Part shown: piece by piece, positions 1 through 12,844 of the stretch
Layout: each line of letters starts with the position of its first letter
How positions within the stretch are numbered: the first letter of the stretch is position 1
DNA from: Minutocellus sp. GHC0000111
Lineage: Eukaryota
Direction of reading: 5' to 3'
DNA: 64,000 nt
NCBI GenBank assembly: GCA_977018835.1
Contig: OZ361258.1
Location: 1,984,001 to 2,048,000 of the forward strand
Position numbers and translations under genes: made by a program
The notes under the pieces: model-generated
The model's input: the letters and a program-made list of their open reading frames with translations, nothing else
What the model was told of the DNA's origin: nothing
Databases searched by the model: none

Positions 1-2
1 CT

Positions 3-1199
3 CCAGCAGGCTACACGGAACAAGATGAAGTGCGGGATATGGCATCTCTCAGCATTTCCGAGGTCATTGCCCGCGAGTCGGACCTTCGGGGGATCATGAG
101 GCCTGGCAATCACAATCTTCTTTCTGCTCTACATGAATCTGATGTGTTGAAACGGCTGGACGACGAGATGGAGAATCTTCGCGAGGCAGATACCGCTGCA
201 TACCGGGAGGCGCTGATCCGATGTCCCGACCAAGTGTCAGACGAACGGCGCATGCGCTTCGTTTACATTGCCTTTGGGGAGTTACCAGCCGGGGAAACGA
301 GCAATTTGCTGCATTTCCTCGCCGATCCCAATCGAAAATGCACCACGCAATCACAACGAGATCAGGCCGCGCGAGTAGAAAGGCGGATACGAAAATTGAT
401 GAAAGAGTGCGCTGAGGCTTTGGCCCGACACTGGCAGCTCCGGTATGATTTTTTTGGCCCCGATAGGTGCTTCCTCCCCATGACATTGAATGGTGCCATG
501 CAAGATGAAGTCGACAACTTGGTCAATCGTTGTATCGTTCAGCTTCTTCCAGTCCCTGATAAGTCTGGTCGGCATATTGTGTACTCGGATTTAACTCGGC
601 GCGACTTCAGCAAGTACAGCACCAAGCAAGAGTGCATGGCCTTCTTCTATTTCTACGAAGTTATTGCAGAAGATTTGGACTCCCTCCGTGCTGGCTTTAT
701 CTCATTGCACAATTCGTTTGGGATTACCAAATCTTCTTTCAATAAATCAGCAAGAGAATTCGCTGCTAGGTCTGATGACTTTTCTCCCCTGGTTTGTAGA
801 GCGTTGCATGTCGTGAACCCTAGTCCCATAGTGCACCACCTCATTCTACCTATCGTCAAGAATTTATTTGGGAAGTCCCTGCGTTTGCGTGTCGCTACGC
901 ACAGAGGGCCGCCGGACAAGATACTGCGACAGCTAGAACATTATCGGCTTCCAAAAGAATGCATTCCCGTTGAGTTGGGAGGGTCGTTGCAGCTCGACAT
1001 GAAGGAATGGGTGACCAAACGCATGGAGGTCGAATCAGAACGTAGCAGGAAGTTGAACGCAAGTCCGGATAATCTTTCTGAACCAATGCGAACCAATCTT
1101 AGCCCTGCCATTGATGCCATTAGGCTCAACGAAACGTCTCCGATGCCAGAGGTGGAGTCGACAACCAAAAGGGCAAGAATAGGCAACCTCAACGACTAA
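3..1199 (+). CDS. CRAL-TRIO (Sec14-like) lipid-binding domain protein; may be 5'-partial
   Basis: Motifs PDKSGRHIVY, ALHVVNPS and IPVELGG are typical of CRAL-TRIO, and the diatom-type 'AYREAL..CP..V' and 'RHWQLR..FFG' precede them. The frame is open from position 3. It ends in TAA at 1197-1199. Confidence 0.8.
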   Translation, partial: PAGYTEQDEVRDMASLSISEVIARESDLRGIMRPGNHNLLSALHESDVLKRLDDEMENLREADTAAYREALIRCPDQVSDERRMRFVYIAFGELPAGETSNLLHFLADPNRKCTTQSQRDQAARVERRIRKLMKECAEALARHWQLRYDFFGPDRCFLPMTLNGAMQDEVDNLVNRCIVQLLPVPDKSGRHIVYSDLTRRDFSKYSTKQECMAFFYFYEVIAEDLDSLRAGFISLHNSFGITKSSFNKSAREFAARSDDFSPLVCRALHVVNPSPIVHHLILPIVKNLFGKSLRLRVATHRGPPDKILRQLEHYRLPKECIPVELGGSLQLDMKEWVTKRMEVESERSRKLNASPDNLSEPMRTNLSPAIDAIRLNETSPMPEVESTTKRARIGNLND

Positions 1200-1286
1200 A
1201 TGAAAACTCTGACGATTTGATTTTACATACTGATTTTAGACTGTAAGATTTACCCCAAAATTAAACAAACATCAGATATCTTGTCG

Positions 1287-2642
1287 TTACTCTTTCTTAA
1301 CGTTACCATCCTCCCATCCCGGATCATAATAAAGCACCACTGATCGCCCCCCAAACCCCAAATCTTTCTTGCGGATCATAGCGTTCTTCAACATGATCCA
1401 CTCTATGAATTGTTCATAAGATCTCACATGTGTTTCACACGGCAGAGTCCTTTGGTCAAATATTTTCGGAAAGACGCAGCAAGGTACGACGGCAAAAGGC
1501 TTGTCCATAGACAACGCTGTATCAACAATGTCGCCAGTGGGTTGATCAGGGTGCAGTCCAATGATTATTGATGCTGATGCCAAAGTACTGGATACTTCCG
1601 TCGCAGGCGGAGATGCCTGGGCTTCTCCGATTCCACAGGGCTGACAAAACACAGGGTTATCTGCATTCGTTGCGGGACTTTCATTGTCATCGGTGTCAGA
1701 ATCACTTTCTCTGCCAGCTTCTTCGTGCTCGGCACAATAATCTTCCTCATGCCCACTGGCCGTGGCAGCCGGACCGACAAGAGCGGCCGCTTTCTTCGCC
1801 GACCTCACTAGGCGCTTATTTATATCCTCACTCTCCGGCGCAATCATCCAATCACCAAAGAACAGTCTCAAATGCCTTGGTGCCTTGCCAATAATGAGCT
1901 GATCATCACCAGTTTCATCACCACCTTCTCCTTCTACCAAGACATCATCCAGTCCAATACTATTGTACTTTTGTAAAGGAATAGTGCGGCGGTAGATTCC
2001 ATTCTTCAGCATCCTTCTTCTCTTGGTCAATCGAAGCGGACCACGCGGTTCAATGGCTGTGCAAGGTATGCCATTCAAGTTTACCAGCTCGAACGAAACG
2101 CCGCCATGTATGCCTGCCGCCACCTCCACAACGCCGCTGCCATATTTCAAGCGCTGTTCGCCAAAAGTGTCGAGAAGAAATCTTCGAAAAGCACCCATCC
2201 GATTATCGTTTGTTCGATTTGCCCTCGTTCGTGATCGATGGAGGTTCTTGATGTTTGTATTGCATGTAATGGCATTGTCTTCTGGATGACGGAACTTGCA
2301 TGCGTCGCCGTAAAGGCAAGTGCCGGTTCGGGCCCAGTGACGGCATGTCGAAGCATCCCTTTGCTTCTTTATCGAATTGACGGCCGCCTTTTTAGCCTCG
2401 GCATGTTGCCTCCTAGCCTCCTCCTTTCGTTTGCGTGTTGCCTCCCAATCCCAGACGTTGATTTGAGTCCTTTCCCTTTCCTCCAGGCTCAGGAGCCACT
2501 CCTTTCTTCTTGTGCCAAACTCTCGCAAACGATCGAGCTCTTCTGGTGTCGGCTGGCCAGAGAGAGGTTTAGGAGGTGCAGCATCTCTCCAATACTCATA
2601 GGAGCGACGTAGGTCGTGGTCGCCGTCGTCGTGGCAAGGCAT
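1287..2642 (-). CDS. CCCH zinc finger plus methyltransferase-like domain protein
   Basis: CRHWARTGTCLYGDACKFRH is a C-x8-C-x5-C-x3-H finger. VVEVAAG resembles a SAM-binding loop, and GLHPDQPT...KPFAVVPCCVF recalls a protist/fungal methyltransferase-like family. Confidence 0.75.
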   Translation of the reverse strand: MPCHDDGDHDLRRSYEYWRDAAPPKPLSGQPTPEELDRLREFGTRRKEWLLSLEERERTQINVWDWEATRKRKEEARRQHAEAKKAAVNSIKKQRDASTCRHWARTGTCLYGDACKFRHPEDNAITCNTNIKNLHRSRTRANRTNDNRMGAFRRFLLDTFGEQRLKYGSGVVEVAAGIHGGVSFELVNLNGIPCTAIEPRGPLRLTKRRRMLKNGIYRRTIPLQKYNSIGLDDVLVEGEGGDETGDDQLIIGKAPRHLRLFFGDWMIAPESEDINKRLVRSAKKAAALVGPAATASGHEEDYCAEHEEAGRESDSDTDDNESPATNADNPVFCQPCGIGEAQASPPATEVSSTLASASIIIGLHPDQPTGDIVDTALSMDKPFAVVPCCVFPKIFDQRTLPCETHVRSYEQFIEWIMLKNAMIRKKDLGFGGRSVVLYYDPGWEDGNVKKE

Positions 2643-2834
2643 GGCGGGAAAAAAAAATAATGAGGTCGGTTGCGACCGACGGCGGCCAGGGAAAATTCTG
2701 CTGCAGGAAATGGGAGCGGCTCGCTCGTGCGTTTGTGCCCTTTCGCAGAGCCGCTTTCATTTTCGGCAAAACGTATCTTCCGACAAAGCAAGCAACAAGA
2801 AGAAGCAGGCGTTGATCGCCAGGAACGTTACAAG

Positions 2835-5574
2835 ATGGACGAATACGAGGAGAGGACGCTGAGCGTCATCGCTCCAGAGCAGGAGGTGAGATTTGTTTTG
2901 CTTGCCTCCCAAGCTCATCTTGTGCCTTTGTTTGTCCTTCGAGATTCAAAATTCGTCAGAATCGGAACAGATGTGTCAACCCTCCAGTTCCGATCTACTA
3001 GTACTTCTCAGCGCGTGGGGTCCTAGCTGGATACATTGTCGCCTCAAGGAATTGGACAGCGATTTGGCGCCATTTTTGGAGGAGGGGGGTTGCTTCTTTC
3101 GTTGCAACACCAGAATACTATTAGTGACTTTCGTCACTTTCACTTTCGTCAGCGGCAAGTTCCAATTCTGATCGGCACGTCAGCTCTCCGAAATGGGACC
3201 GACCGCTATGCACGACGCAGATTTTGAATGTACTCGGCTTATGCTGCCATATGCAATTCGCGTAGAACTGGGCCTTTACTTTTTGGAGTGGCGAGCTGCC
3301 TTTCCTATTCACATTCCCGCAAAAAATATGTACCTTCCTCTCACATTCACTTCAATCCTTCGAATGCAATCAATGAATCAGAACGGAAACACCGAATACA
3401 AGCGGCAGCTTCGCGCCCCGACGGCCAGCCGATTGCGATCGCTCGCCACTCAAATGTCGTACCGCCTTGATGAAGGCATGGGCCGCTGCACGTACCAGAT
3501 TGGAGTGGAAGATGACGGATGTCACTCCCTCCTTGACTATGCCTCCGTGTCCGAATCGGCCAGAATATTAGAATGCATCGCCCGCAGCCTCAACGCTGTT
3601 GTTTTGGAACGGCTAATGATCCAGGGCGAGGTCCTGCAGGGCACAAATGGCAGCAGTGACAAGCTCATCCTGTCGACCAATAAGGACGACCTAGTCGTAG
3701 TGGAAGAGCCCTCCATACTGGGAAATGGTAGGGACAGCCTCAACGAAGAGGACAGAGGATTGTCATCAACATTATCGGCCGCCCAGGAGGATGAAAAGGA
3801 GGAAAAGACCGAGGATGCCACCATTCGATTAGGAAAGCGTCCTCTGGTCAAGGAGGGCACGGGGCCGGCTATCTACACTCGTTGTGAGCTGACCATCCAG
3901 CGTGTCGAGACGCATTTGCTGGACCCAACTCCGCTTTCGTTGGCTTCGATTGCTCGCGGAACGAAGCACCAGCTCAGCACCCCTCGTGACATTGCAAATC
4001 TAAACGGGAGCAACAAGGGTATTGGCGCATCGCGCAACTTTGACACCAAGGACAGGTCACTTTCATCTGTGTCAGATGGCGTTGCTGGTTCTACTGAGTT
4101 GACCAACATGAAGCAGGCTTCTGCAGCCGCAGCGGCGAAGGATGGTCCGTTATTGAAGCGGATGGATAGTCTGGCGGTAACTCCCGACACAGAAGAGTCC
4201 AAGCCCTGCTCACTGGATGAAACACTCTCATCGCGCAACATTCGCATTGCCGTCGTAGGAAATGTCGATGCTGGCAAAAGTACCCTCATTGGTGCCCTCA
4301 CTACGTCCACCCTCGACGATGGCCGGGGACGGTGCCGCACGTCTATTATGAAGCATCGTCACGAGATCGAGACCGGTCGGACTTCGACAGCTCAGTCGCA
4401 TTTGATGGGTTTCAAGAGCAATGGTGAGCCTATTTCAGGTAAAGATTCTATCCGCACCAACAAGCGAAAGACCGAGGATGAGGTTGCTCGGGAATCCTAC
4501 CGCATCTGCACTCTGATCGATCTTGCGGGTCACGAGAAGTATCTCAAAACTACCATTCATGGTGTATCATCGGGCATGGCAGATTATGGTCTCATCTTGG
4601 TAAATAGCCGCCATCCTCCCACTCACATGACGCAGCACCATTTGAATCTGTGCTGCTCGTTTGGCATTCCTGTCATCATTGTGTTCACTAAGATCGATGG
4701 TTGCCCAGAACACGCGATGAAGAATTCCAAGGAAGAGGTTCACAAGCTTTTGCGTGCCTCTGATATCAACAAGCGTCCCTTTGCGGTGCGCAACGAGCAG
4801 GATATTGCCACGTGCATTGATAAACTGCAGCAGGCCAATCTAGCTCCCATTATTGACACATCGTGCGTGTCGGGAGAAGGATTGGATTTGCTCCGCAAGA
4901 TCCTCTTCTCGCTCCCTAAGCGGCGGCGGCATGAAAAGAAGGCAGATCGCCCCTTTGAGTTTTTGGTGGAAGACATTTTCAATGTTCCCGGTGTTGGCGC
5001 AGTAACGTCTGGTTTCGTCAATGCCGGGCAGCTTACGGTTGGCTCAAATGCTCACGTATTTGTCGGACCGACGAATGATGGCTCATTCATGAAGACCGTT
5101 GCCAAATCCGCGCACATTGCCAGAATCAACACGACTCATATTACTTCTGGTCAGAGTGCCTGCCTCGCCTTCGCGCTCAATAAGGAGCAGCGAAAGAAAT
5201 TACGGCGTGGCATGGTGGTAATGAAAGAAAATCCTACTTCAACTCGCGAGTTTGGTGCCGAGATATGTGTCCTCAAAGGCGAAGGAACAACCATCCGACG
5301 TAGTTATCAAGCGTATGTGCACATTTTAAACGTCCGGCAGAGTGCGTATGCCAAGGAAATTGAGATTGTAAATAACAACGCCCTTGGTCTCCCGCCGAGT
5401 CATAAGGCTGCTGCCGACGAAGAAGATGGCATAGTGCTTCGTCCTGGCAGCAGGGCAAAAGTACGTTTTGAGTTCGCCCAGAGGCCGGAGTACATTCGAC
5501 CCGGAATGCGAATGCTGTTCAGAGATGGCCGCGTTCGCGGCGTCGGTATCATCACCGACGTTCCTGGTTCTTAG
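2835..5574 (+). CDS. GTPBP1/GTPBP2: GTPBP1/GTPBP2 family translational GTPase (exons 2835-2885 and 3382-5574)
   Basis: G1 GNVDAGKST, G2 HEIETGRTS, G3 DLAGHEKY, G4 TKID and the C-terminal FRDGRVRGVG are all present. Splicing a GTGAG...TCAG intron (2886-3381) rebuilds the family motif PEQE|NGNTEYK. Confidence 0.9.
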
Positions 5575-5802
5575 ATGCAAGCTGCAGCGACTGCATTGTT
5601 TTCCTTTTATACACGTTCCCCAGCTCTTCTCCTTTATCAACTATGTCAAATACGCATGATCCTGTACTGATTGTTATGTTGTCTAATAAATATTCTTAAA
5701 ATTAATTCGTATAAGAAACGAAAAATGCTTTGTACCATGGTACTACGTCGCCTTCTCGTAGCACTGCGAAATTCTTTCTACATGAAAACTAGAAATGAAA
5801 CT

Positions 5803-8296
5803 CTAATACATGTCTCTCCAGACCAGGCCCATATCATCCAGCTCTTTCCACTTTGGAACATTGTCTAGAAATTCGCGCGGTGTTTCACAACATTCTCCGA
5901 ACAATTCGTTGAAGTCGACGTCTACTGATAGACACTGCTGCCACTCTGGCCGTTCAATAGAGCTGACAATATTCATCCTTCTTCTTGTAGCTCCACTGCA
6001 CTCAACAAAGCCCATCTCGCCAGATCCTGGACCATCCTCCAGCTCACAGTGCGCCTCCTCGCAGACTGCCGAAGTTATGGTACCTTCTTCAACTGCAAAG
6101 TTTCCAGCAGTAGCGATGATCTGCGACTGGAGAAAGATATATGCGCAGTATTTTTTGGTACACAAAATATCTCTCGTCCAACAGCGTGCGCACTCGCCTT
6201 GAAATTGAATGGGGTGCTGCTCCAAGCAAGAATTTACCGCGTCGCCTCCTCCGGTGAGGGACTTTTTGGCACATCGAGCAGATTCTGCAGCAAGGTAGTT
6301 CCTGGTGACCCATTCCATGCGTAGATTTTCCCAACTTGAGCATTCGCCACATGGCTGGCAATGAAGAACAAGAAAACCAGCTTTGTGGGCAGCATCAGCA
6401 TTCTCGAATGTTGTAATGTTTGAGTCGGGGCCTCGATTGTCAAAAGCACACACAGCTCCATCCCGAAATCCAGAATATAATTCAACTTGGGCTGGTCCAA
6501 GCAAAGCAAAGGTCGAGTTGGCTTGGTGCTGGGCTCTGTTATTTCAATAAGAGTATTAGCAAAGCATAGAGAGATTGTGTTGCGTCAGTGGAAAAGATGT
6601 GAGAGAAAATAAATATGGGGATCGTAAAAAATAAAAAAAACGTTACATGTACTTGGACATCAACAAAGAAAACGCACCCAATGTTGACGGCTACAAAGAA
6701 GAGAAAGCCCATCGATACAAGGACCCAAAGAGTGACGTTCAATATAGACAAGATCTTATCGGTCAAGCTCTTCTTCTCTGACTCTTCTTTCGAGTCGGTC
6801 TTTTTGCTACACTTCATCATCGCACAGAATAGGGCCATAGGTGAAGTCTCATCGTCGACATGAGCATCTTCATTGGACTGGTTTTCGATTGGCGAAGTCT
6901 CCTTCTCCTGACCAGCGCCTCAGTCGCTCTCCATAAAGAAAGGTTCTTCTGTGTCTGTGGAACGTTTCTTACTCGGACATGCCACCTTTCTATCAGAGTC
7001 ATTCGCATTCCCTTCGCCTTCATCGAATGTTGTATCCGAGTCATTGGCCTTCTCTCCATTTTCGTCTTCTTCACCTATTGCGCCCAAGGGAGAAGCGAAA
7101 GAAACTTTGCCATCATAATCATTGCTCACATCGGCAGTGTCGTGTCGGCTGTGCTTCATGATTTTCGACACGAGAAGACTCGTTCCCATTCTTTCACGGC
7201 GGGATCGTGCATTCTCCCTGCTTTGTTTGAACATGGCCTCTCTCCCCTGTTCCTTCCTCTGTTGCTTTGTTCTATACCACATTACTCCATGGATTACAGC
7301 AGCAACGAAACTATACAGAACAGCCATCACAACGCCTGTAACAACACGGCCCGTCTTTGTTTCAAGACCCCATACGTCGGCGATATAATAGGTGCCTGTT
7401 AGGAATAGGGCAAGTCCAGAAAGAAAGAGGAGTATTGTCGAGACTACGGCGATGATGAGCCTTCTTTGTCCTCTGGCGCGCCGACATCCCCGGACACAAA
7501 AATCGATGAAGAATCCAAGAATGATCCCGAGGGCAACGCTCACGGGAATGACCGCAGCGTTGGCGCCGCAATAGAAGGGCAGGAGAAGGAAGAAGATGCG
7601 GAAAAATTGAATCCCGATGTCGCAGAACACCTTGAACTTCAGAACTTTAGGTGAAGTTCCGAGGTAGTCATCATCGCCCATGTGCTGTCTCATGGACGTT
7701 GTATGGTAGTAAAACCAAGTCCACTTTGGCACCTTTCGAGATATGAAAAGGAAAATGGCCGATGCCATGTAATACGATATGCCATTGATGATGTCCTCCA
7801 TTCGAGGGTCGAGACCTTTGGTAAGCAGCGCAACGGCAGTGGCAACGAGGGCAATCACAGTGAAGAAGGCCAGAATCGTCGCAGCACCGGCCCTCAATAT
7901 GTGCCGGTAGGCCTCTTGAAGACGTTCATCTGACGACGACCAATACTTGCTCTTGGCCACCGCTTGCCGGTAGGATCCGATTTCGATGGAAACATGAGGC
8001 ACGAGATACGCAAAAAGCTACGCGATGCAGTGATGGAAAGATGTGACAAACGTTAGTTGGCGGATATGATGATGCTAGCTTGGTCCAGGGGCTCCTGAAA
8101 AATCACAGATATAATGATGGCAGCGGTGGCCTAGGTACGTGCACTTGAAATCGCGGTGCTGCTGGCTACCGATACCATCGCCGCAGAATCGACTACAGGA
8201 GAATCGAATCATTGTCTCGACTACTCTCTCCTGCGAACTTACCGAGAGAATTCCCCAGGAGAATACCTCAAAGCGATCATCATCGCTGAGTACCAT
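5803..8296 (-). pseudogene. FTR1-like multi-TM domain fused to a Cys-rich C-terminal domain; in-frame TGA at 6920-6922
   Basis: Exons are 8296-8243, 8017-6678 and 6535-5803, with GT-AG introns that keep the frame. The frame continues through the TGA (FMESD*GAGQEKE...MALFC). About seven hydrophobic helices have the layout of diatom FTR1-like permeases. Confidence 0.65.
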
Positions 8297-8499
8297 CTTT
8301 TTGCTGTTCGATTGCTTGCACGAGCCGCAATGTCATGTAGGTGGCGTGGCGCCTTCGACTTTTGCACGTTCGATAAAAATGGACTCGAAGTAAGTCAGAC
8401 TAACTTGCTTTATTTGCTACGAGCTAGGAATTCCTACACGTGACGTAGCAATCTTGCGTGTTGCTATGCTCGATGAATTCAAATTCTGGGGGATCGGGA

Positions 8500-8545
8500 G
8501 GGCAGATTTGATAAGGGGCAGATTTGATATGGGGCAGATTTGATA
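8500..8545 (+). repeat. Three tandem copies of GGGCAGATTTGATA (period ~16-17 bp)
   Basis: Seen directly. It lies just upstream of the 5'-truncated clostripain-like gene. Confidence 0.85.
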
Positions 8546-8658
8546 GGGCCACACAAGCGTGGCAGTTCGAGTTGAAATGAATGAATACAGCCCCCGCTCA
8601 AGGCCATTTGTCGCCCTATGATTTGTCGTTTGTCGACACTCATAAATCACTTTCACAC

Positions 8659-10964
8659 TTCTCAAGTCATGTGAGTAGTGTTGAATTTGCAGTTTTTTTT
8701 TCAAGCTTTGTCGTATTCGTTTACACGCATGCAATCATTTTCACGTGTGCAATATATCAAACTACAACTACTTTACTACCTTTACCATCCTCTTTTTTGA
8801 TAGGGCGGAGGACACCAAGGATTCGGAGGAGACGAAAACATCGAGAGACGTCTTGGCAGGCGTTCTCTTCTTCAGTCGAATAGTGACATTCTGAGTGGAC
8901 TGGATTGTGGCTTGAACTCTGTTCAACTTAGTAGCGGCGCCTCGAACATCCCCCAACGCTTTGATGTTATTGGCTTTGACGCCTGTTTGATGGGAAGTTT
9001 CATCGCCGCTCAAAGCTACGCTCCTTACGCCAAGTACTACATTGCGAGCCAGGCCGTTGAACCAGCGCACGGTTGGTACTGGAATGTAACTTCGTCGGCT
9101 GCTGGCGGGGCTCTTACTATGGCCACCGAGCTTTTGGAAGGATTTCTGACCGAAACACAGAATCCGCTAGAAGGCACCCATCTAACCCCGAAGACACTTG
9201 CCATCGTCGATACCGGGTCTTTCCAATCTTTCAACGAAGAATACGAAAATCTCATTTCCCTCCTCTCCGAAAGACTCATGGCAGAGAATGACCAAGATTA
9301 CTTCGCTGCAATCACGCGCAGCCGCAATGTTGCCACAGCATTCATGGGCGGTGCAGACGACGCGGGAACCCGCACTCCATCGATTGTCGATATTGGTAGC
9401 TTCCTTCCCAATTTCAAGGAGCTTTGTGCCCCTTCGGAGTTGAGTGATATTGGCACTGCATTGGATACGGCTCTTCAGGCATACAATACCCAGTTCACTG
9501 CTCGCGGATACGGCCAAGGAACAAAGCCAACAACTGGAATGGGAATTTGGTTTCCTTCCAGAAAGCAGTACTCAGAGGTACGTGTAGAACCTGTTTCGTT
9601 ATATCATGAATGTATGTTTCTTTGCAATTTGTTTTCATACCCCGCCTTTTACCCCTCCTCACAAACGGATTTCTGGTGTACTGACTTTTTCATTTGATTA
9701 ATCTTGAATCAAAATATTTCTTTTCACCCAGGAGCCTTGGGTCATCGAGTGGGAGATTGAAGATTATTTTGACGCCTTCGCTGAGTCCCCTATTTGGATG
9801 GAGTTTGTCACTACGTTCTTGAACTCCACGACGCCAATTTCTACAAGCGAGGCCAGTGCGTGCACCAAGAAGCTTACCGCTGAAGCCGGGATCGAATACG
9901 AAGGCCAACTTCTTCTCAATCCAGAGGTGTATCTCGCCAGCGTGGGCGTCGCAGCTTCCAGCGAACTTGCCATTGAAACTGATGATGTTTTCACTGAATA
10001 CGGATTCTATTTTCAGGGCTTGCAAGGAGACGACTTAGGACTTGGTAGACGACTGAAGAGCGAACATACCCCTCTTACTGCCGTTGGTAAGCGCCTCCAG
10101 AAACAGAAGGCGGCTGGACCACGAAGATCACTTCAAGAGGAAGACGACTATTTAGTCCATTTTAATGGTGCCCTTGGGTCCAAGTTCGAAGGGGCTTCTT
10201 ACTCAGGCTTTTGGAACGAACTCGTTTATGTCTTAGTTGAGGATGTCGATTACGAGACTGAGTCGTATGCCGAAAATATTTTTGTGTACGCCGACAATCA
10301 AGGCGAAGGCACTTTCGCCATCCCCGTTGTATATTTCAGATCTGGAATTGTCATCGGACCCGACGATCTTCCCCCAATGGCCTCCGGCGTCCAGGATGCA
10401 ATTGACCTGGGAGGCGTCTTTGGGGAGTTGCGATACTCGATCGACATAGAAACTGGCGAATTAATCTCTCCGGTCAGTCTGTACACCAATACAGCTGCAG
10501 AGAAAGAAGGATCTATATACGAGACGCCCCGTAGCCGTGGCGGTTCGCTTGTGCCAATTGTATACGGTGAAATGGGTATTGGAGACGATCTCAGTCTGAT
10601 TGAAAGAGTAGGCTCGCTTCATTCTTGGGACGAAAACCTATATGTCTTGCCACTTCCTCTACAGGGCTTTACTGACTACCTTGGTGTTGACGCAATGGTG
10701 TTTGACATGTACGCCTTCGATTACGATAAGGCGGATGATGAGGTTGGCGCCGTCGATCTTCATCTTTTCGGTTACAACATCACCGAGGGTACCATTGAAT
10801 CTCTCATGTACCAGGACGATGATGAGGGAGAAAATGCAGATGACAACGCTATGGGCTCAGAACCAGCTACCTCTGCCGCTGTTGGTAGTAACCATTACGG
10901 TGAGATCTCCTACATCTCTGGTGTTCTCACTACGCTTTTCTTTTGCCATCTGGTCCTTTGTTAG
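8659..10964 (+). pseudogene. Clostripain (peptidase C11)-like, probably GPI-anchored; N-terminus apparently missing
   Basis: FSSH|GGG (catalytic His) is rebuilt across intron 8671-8803, followed by FDACLM (catalytic Cys) and IASQAVEPAHGW. A second intron lies at 9578-9731, and the C-terminal tail is hydrophobic. No signal peptide or C11 N-terminal segment is found upstream of FSSH. Confidence 0.7.
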
Positions 10965-11081
10965 ATGTTTGTCCATTGATACCAGTATGTGATGGGCCGT
11001 GAACAATAAATACAACAACTTGTAGTTGATAATGGAAAGAATTAGGAATCGTATATTAACAATTATAAAAGTGTCGGCTGT

Positions 11082-11286
<205 letters not shown>

Positions 11287-11402
11287 GTGAATTTAGCAAG
11301 GAGGGTCTTACGAGGCTCGTAACTCGTAAATTAGAAAAATGCATTTGAACTACGAGTAAATTCATATTATAAATTAATTGTACCTGTACCAAGCCCAATA
11401 TC

Positions 11403-12262
11403 TTACGTACAGATCTGATCTCTCCATTTGTTGCTTGTTGTCAAGTCAACCGTCATCAATGATATTCCCAAATGCCCAGTTTTGGGAATTTCATTTATGA
11501 TGTCGCATCCTTCGCCAGAATACGTTGAGTAATCCTCGAAACCCTGTACCTCTGCACCGAGATATTCTCGAAATAGATGTGTGCAAAAAGAGAGCCTGTG
11601 CACTCCGCAAATGCTAAACGGAAGCCTCTCATTTTGGCAAGCCTGCACGAGCAAAGGAATAGGTTCTTCCCAACGCTTCTTCCACGGCTCTTTGGAGAAA
11701 CGCCGATCATCCACATGTGGAAAAATTCACCACTGATCCGATTGGAAGGATCGGCAGGAATATCATATTTCGACATGAGTTGGTCTTCGAGCTTCGAAAT
11801 AATGTTCATGACTGGTCCCCACTGGCCATCTGCGTTTTCTAAGAATGCTTCCAACCCAGTCGGGTCTGTATTCTGGAAGTCCTCGTTCAGGAAAGCACCC
11901 AGTATCTCGTCGGTGTGAAGATCGAATGCCACCACTGCGGTGCCCTCCTTTGCCATCCTGAAGATCCACATTTTAAAGTTTCTCCAATCTCTTCGGGTAA
12001 CACCAAGATTAGCGGTCAAGGGCTCACCTTCAGCGAAGGAATCGACGACAGCCTCGAGAGTTGATTCGACGTCTGACAAGTGCATGATTCGATATCCGAC
12101 GTCGTGCTCACGGTCAACGAAGAGAGTGGTAGCAGCAGTCGCAGTGGCAGGAAGAGCAGCATCGTCGTTGACACCGAATGCAGATGGAGTGACGGCAGCA
12201 TTGGAAGCATCGCCATTTGACGTTGCAGAAGGCGAGATGGATAGGATTTTTGCGGTAGACAT
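11403..12262 (-). pseudogene. GNAT (arylalkylamine N-acetyltransferase-like) with a frameshift near 11590
   Basis: Contains SFAEGEPL and the acetyl-CoA motif HMWMIGVSPKSRGRSVGKNL. FAECTG continues as FCTHLFREYLGAE in another frame, consistent with an extra CT in GGCTCTCTTTTTGC. Confidence 0.75.
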
Positions 12263-12610
12263 GAGATGACGCTGTATTGGGACTCAGGAAAAGGGCGAGG
12301 GGGTGGTGAAGTTATTAATACGGCCTAGAGCTAGCTAGTAGGGGATTTGCCGTAGACGAATCATTAGAATTATGAGGACGGCATTTGATGGTTTTGATGA
12401 TTTGGTTTGGTTGCTGATAGATCTACGACAGGGATACGATCGTGCTGGTTTGGCAAGATTGTTTTGTCCCGCGCCAGCCCGTCACCCTGGTCACACCGTG
12501 ACCGCGTTGTGTGGCCCCTTGCACACGATCTCACGGCCGCGCGGCGGCGGCACGAACAACAGCCCCTCGCCTACAACAGCCCCTCCAACAATTATGCCCT
12601 CGCGCGGCGG

Positions 12611-12724
12611 CGGCCACCCACGCCACTCTCGAACTCTCGAACGCTCCGGCCACCCACGCCACTCTCGAACTCTCGAACTCGACCACGTTCGAACGTGTCG
12701 AACACAACACCTTCGAACCTCTCG
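12611..12724 (+). repeat. Short tandem duplication (GGCCACCCACGCCACTCTCGAACTCTCGAAC x2) with TCGAAC sub-repeats
   Basis: Seen directly, in the divergent promoter region upstream of the ATG at 12845. Confidence 0.8.
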
Positions 12725-12844
12725 CGCGCCCGGCCGCATCTCGGCCATCATCGCACATCGGAAGGCAGCAATCTGGTGTTGGCCGTGCGCCATTCGACAA
12801 AGGGCGAAAGTGCGCCCGCACCAAGCTTGCTTCTTTTCTCCACG

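Noticed and set aside
12407..12844. N-terminal extension of the 767-aa ORF
   Set aside because: It starts at a non-ATG codon and runs through promoter repeats; the ATG at 12845 is more plausible.
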